DNA of 64,000 bases from positions 49,762 to 113,761 of the forward strand of contig JAJVIC010000015.1 in the NCBI GenBank assembly GCA_022072225.1. The letters run 5' to 3'. The notes under the pieces are model-generated. The model saw only the letters and a program-made list of their open reading frames with translations. It searched no databases and was not told the DNA's origin. The position numbers and the translations under genes were made by a program. Every line of letters starts with the position of its first letter. Position 1 is the stretch's first letter. This document shows positions 61,019 to 64,000 of the stretch, piece after piece. This stretch comes from Bacteroidia bacterium (GTDB taxonomy: Bacteria > Bacteroidota > Bacteroidia > SXHM01).

Positions 61019-63544
61019 ATGAAAAAACTTCTTCTCGCTTTTGTAATTATCAATTATCAATTATCAATTATCAATTGCAACGCACAGGTTCTCATCAACG
61101 AGTTCTCCTGTTCCAACCTCGACCAGTTTGTTGACGACCACAGCGATTATGGTGACTGGATTGAACTTTACAATACAACCGGCAGCACTGTAAATCTTAC
61201 GGGTTATTACCTCAGTGACGATTCGCTGAACAATACCAAATGGCAGTTTCCGGCTGGCTCAACCATAGCTGCAAACGCTTTTATGCGCATCTGGGCATCG
61301 GGCAGAAATACTTCTTCAGGCGGAACGCACCACACCAATTTTACGCTGAAACAAACCAAAAACAATGGCGAGTTTGTGGTGTTTTCAAATGCTTCGGGTG
61401 TTATTGTTGATTACCACAAAACAGAACCGGTAACCAAAGTAGGTCATTCATACGGGCGCACCACTAATGGTAGCAGCACCTGGAGTATTTTCAATGCACC
61501 TACTCCCGGTGCGTCTAATAATTCTTCTACACCTTACACTGCTTATGCCGATAAACCGGATGTGGATATCAGCGCTGGATTTTATACTTCAGCACAAACC
61601 ATAACACTTACAACTACCGAAACCAATTCAACCATACGGTATACATTAAATGGCGATGAGCCCACACAATCGTCTGCACTTTACACCGGGCCTATTACCA
61701 TTTCATCAACCAAAATACTGAAAGCGAAAACTTATACCACCAATTCAGGTGTGTTGAGCAGTTTTATCCGTTTTGAGACATATTTTATAAACGAAGTGCA
61801 CACGCTTCCTGTTGTTTCTGTTTCCGGCACTCAGCTAACTACCCTTGCCAATGGCGACAACAGCCTGCGCCCAACCGGAACATTTGAATTTTTTAATACA
61901 GCCGGTTTGCGAACAGCAAAAACGTATGGCGAGTTTAACAGCCATGGTCAGGATTCCTGGGCAAACAGCCAACGCAGTTTGGATTTTGTTTCGCGTGATG
62001 AAATGGGCTACAATCACTCAGTGGAACAACAGGTATTTAATACTTCTCCCCGCAACAACTACCAGCGTTTGATATTGCGTGCAGCAGGTGATGATAATTA
62101 TCCTGCCGACCATAATCCTTCCAATGCAGGCAGTGCTCATTTGCGCGATGCCTATATTCATAACCTCAGTTTGCAGGGCGGGTTAAGCCTTGATGTGCGC
62201 AGAGGTTCAAAATGCGTGGTTTACCTGAATGGGGCCTATTGGGGTGTTTATGATTTACGCGATAATCCGGATGACCATGATAATACCGAGTATTATTACG
62301 GTCAGGATAAATACCACCTCTATTTTATTGAAACATGGGGAAGCACCTGGGCCGAGTATGGAGGGCAGGCAGCGTTTGACGATTGGCACTCAGTCTATGA
62401 TTATATCATGAATAACGATATGAGCATTGAGAACAATTACCAGTATGTAGCTGACCGCTATGATGTAACCAGTCTTACTGATTATGTGTTGGTAAACATG
62501 TTTACAGTATGCAGTGACTGGTTGAACTGGAATACCGCATGGTGGCGCGGAACCGACCCCAATGGTACACATCAGAAATGGGGTTACGCACTTTGGGATA
62601 ATGATGCAACTTTTGGTCATTATATCAATTACACCGGTATACCTGATATTTCGCCCAATGCAGATGTTTGCGACCCTGAAGGGTTGGATAATGAATCTGA
62701 CCCCGAAGACCACATCGGTGTTTTAATGAAGCTTCGCGACAATGAGGGATTCAATGATTATTACATCTCCCGCCAGATTGATTTGTGGAATACCGTTTTC
62801 AGTTGCGATAACATGTTGCCAAAATTAGACAGTACAGCCGCACTGATAGAACCGGAGATGACACGCCACTCTACCCGCTGGAGCGGAACCTACAGCGAGT
62901 GGACAGAGAATGTTCAGCAGCTGCGCGATTTTATTGACGAGCGCTGCACAGCGCTTACCACCAGCTGGACCGATTGTTATTCCTTAACAGGCCCTTATGA
63001 AATTACCCTTCAAACCCAGCCTGACGGAGCAGGAACTATTTTGTTTAATTCTTTAAATCTGAATCAGTTTCCATGGACGGGAACTTATTTCGGTAACGTA
63101 ACCAGCAACCTTACCGCAACGGCTAACTCAAATTTCACGTTCAGTCATTGGGAAACTGCCAGCGGAACAGTATTGAGTAACAATGTAACCGATTTACACG
63201 TGTTCACCGATTTTACAACAAGCGATACCATTACTGCGGTGTTTACCGATAACAGCATAGGGATAAATGAACAGGATATTTTTGACTTCAAGGTGTACCC
63301 CACACAAACAGGCGATGTTGTAACGGTTGAATACCTGATTACAAAACCGGAAAAAGTAAACCTGCAATTGTTTGATGTAAACGGTCAGTTGGTTTTTGAT
63401 AATGGTACTGCAGAAAACCCTGCCGGACGCAACCGAACCTCAATAAACCTTTCAGCAATTAATCTGGCTCAGGGGATTTATTACATACGCCTGCAAACAG
63501 AGCACCACAGGGCTGCGGGAAAGGTGGTATTTATGCCGCAGTAG
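61019..63544 (+). CDS. Secreted CotH-family protein with an N-terminal lamin-tail-like domain and a T9SS type A sorting domain
   Basis: The LTD-like region is LINEFSCSN...DWIELYNTTGSTVNLTGYYLSDD. The CotH-like core is LILRAAGDD...HLRDAYIHNL...VVYLNGAYWGVYDLRDNPDD. The C-terminus is VYPTQTGDVVTVEY...GIYYIRLQT. Confidence 0.8.
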   Translation: MKKLLLAFVIINYQLSIINCNAQVLINEFSCSNLDQFVDDHSDYGDWIELYNTTGSTVNLTGYYLSDDSLNNTKWQFPAGSTIAANAFMRIWASGRNTSSGGTHHTNFTLKQTKNNGEFVVFSNASGVIVDYHKTEPVTKVGHSYGRTTNGSSTWSIFNAPTPGASNNSSTPYTAYADKPDVDISAGFYTSAQTITLTTTETNSTIRYTLNGDEPTQSSALYTGPITISSTKILKAKTYTTNSGVLSSFIRFETYFINEVHTLPVVSVSGTQLTTLANGDNSLRPTGTFEFFNTAGLRTAKTYGEFNSHGQDSWANSQRSLDFVSRDEMGYNHSVEQQVFNTSPRNNYQRLILRAAGDDNYPADHNPSNAGSAHLRDAYIHNLSLQGGLSLDVRRGSKCVVYLNGAYWGVYDLRDNPDDHDNTEYYYGQDKYHLYFIETWGSTWAEYGGQAAFDDWHSVYDYIMNNDMSIENNYQYVADRYDVTSLTDYVLVNMFTVCSDWLNWNTAWWRGTDPNGTHQKWGYALWDNDATFGHYINYTGIPDISPNADVCDPEGLDNESDPEDHIGVLMKLRDNEGFNDYYISRQIDLWNTVFSCDNMLPKLDSTAALIEPEMTRHSTRWSGTYSEWTENVQQLRDFIDERCTALTTSWTDCYSLTGPYEITLQTQPDGAGTILFNSLNLNQFPWTGTYFGNVTSNLTATANSNFTFSHWETASGTVLSNNVTDLHVFTDFTTSDTITAVFTDNSIGINEQDIFDFKVYPTQTGDVVTVEYLITKPEKVNLQLFDVNGQLVFDNGTAENPAGRNRTSINLSAINLAQGIYYIRLQTEHHRAAGKVVFMPQ
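61045..61076 (+). repeat. Heptanucleotide tandem repeat (AATTATC)x4 plus a partial unit, within the signal-peptide codons of the CotH gene
   Basis: Read directly from the sequence: AATTATC AATTATC AATTATC AATTATC AATT. It encodes IINYQLSIIN. Confidence 0.9.
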
Positions 63545-63628
63545 TTTTTCAACAATTTATTGTCTGTTTCTTCGTTTTTTACTCAAAGGGCATCTGAGAT
63601 TTGTATTACTTTTATGCCCTGATTTACT

Positions 63629-64000
63629 ATGGCGAAAACTACTGATAATAAAAAGTATGTAAGGCTTTTCTGGCTTTTGTTTGCATTCCCTTTTGTGCTG
63701 ATCGGATTACTCATTTCACTCATATCATTTGGGGTGTTTGGCAAGTTGCCAAGTTTTGAAGAATTGGATAATCCTAAAAGTCTGCTGGCTTCGCAGGTTA
63801 TTTCAGCCGACCAGAAAATTCTGGGAACGTATTATGCCGTAAACCGCACCCAGGTGCAGTACAAGGACCTTTCTCCCGCACTGGTAAATGCCTTGGTGGC
63901 TACAGAAGATGCCCGCTTCTACGAGCATTCAGGAATTGATTTTCGTGCACTGGGCAGGGTTATAAAAGGTGTGCTTACCGGTAATACCAGCAGCGGTGGC
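63629..64000 (+). CDS. Penicillin-binding protein 1A, N-terminal part (3' end outside the window)
   Basis: It has an N-terminal TM anchor followed by the GT51 motif ATEDARFYEHSGIDFRALGR. Confidence 0.85.
   Translation, partial: MAKTTDNKKYVRLFWLLFAFPFVLIGLLISLISFGVFGKLPSFEELDNPKSLLASQVISADQKILGTYYAVNRTQVQYKDLSPALVNALVATEDARFYEHSGIDFRALGRVIKGVLTGNTSSGG

Overview
This window looks like a chromosomal segment of a Bacteroidota bacterium. Supporting evidence is T9SS type A and type B C-terminal sorting domains, a CarboxypepD_reg-type TonB-dependent receptor, and TAnnTTTG-like -7 boxes. I support about 47 protein genes. Most are housekeeping: leuS, lysS, frr, recJ, hflX, rfbA, maf, rraA, msrC, an alpha-2-macroglobulin/pbpC pair, a PBP1A 5' end, an M1 peptidase, an RND/MMPL exporter, TolC plus a MacA-like adaptor, and an aminotransferase plus omega-amidase. 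There are also several large secreted T9SS proteins: an 11-repeat adhesin, a C-type-lectin adhesin, a PHB-depolymerase-like esterase and a CotH-family protein. I recognised no rRNA, tRNA, CRISPR array, transposase or integrase.

The best candidate for an undescribed system is the operon at 55155-57665. It encodes a 370-aa orphan protein plus a protein with a Regnase/Zc3h12a-like NYN RNase domain behind about 11 novel 14-residue repeats. It is flanked by a small HTH gene and a T/G-rich array with roughly 21-bp periodicity.

Other notable items:
- A very AT-rich islet at the left edge (helicase-DUF3427 C-terminus plus a 106-aa ORF).
- A perfectly phased 22-bp x 16 tandem array, and a perfect TGTGA-N6-TCACA palindrome, upstream of the A2M/pbpC operon.
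- At least four families of short palindromic or mini-repeat elements that sit in frame inside genes (leuS twice, pbpC, maf, a UbiA-family gene, the omega-amidase, and a START-domain gene).
- A GxxExxY cassette with a nested palindrome splitting an aminotransferase/amidase pair.
- A PIN toxin-antitoxin pair.
- A heptanucleotide (AATTATC)x4 repeat in the signal-peptide codons of the CotH gene, a candidate phase-variation switch.

All product calls come from motif recognition by eye. No database search was possible.
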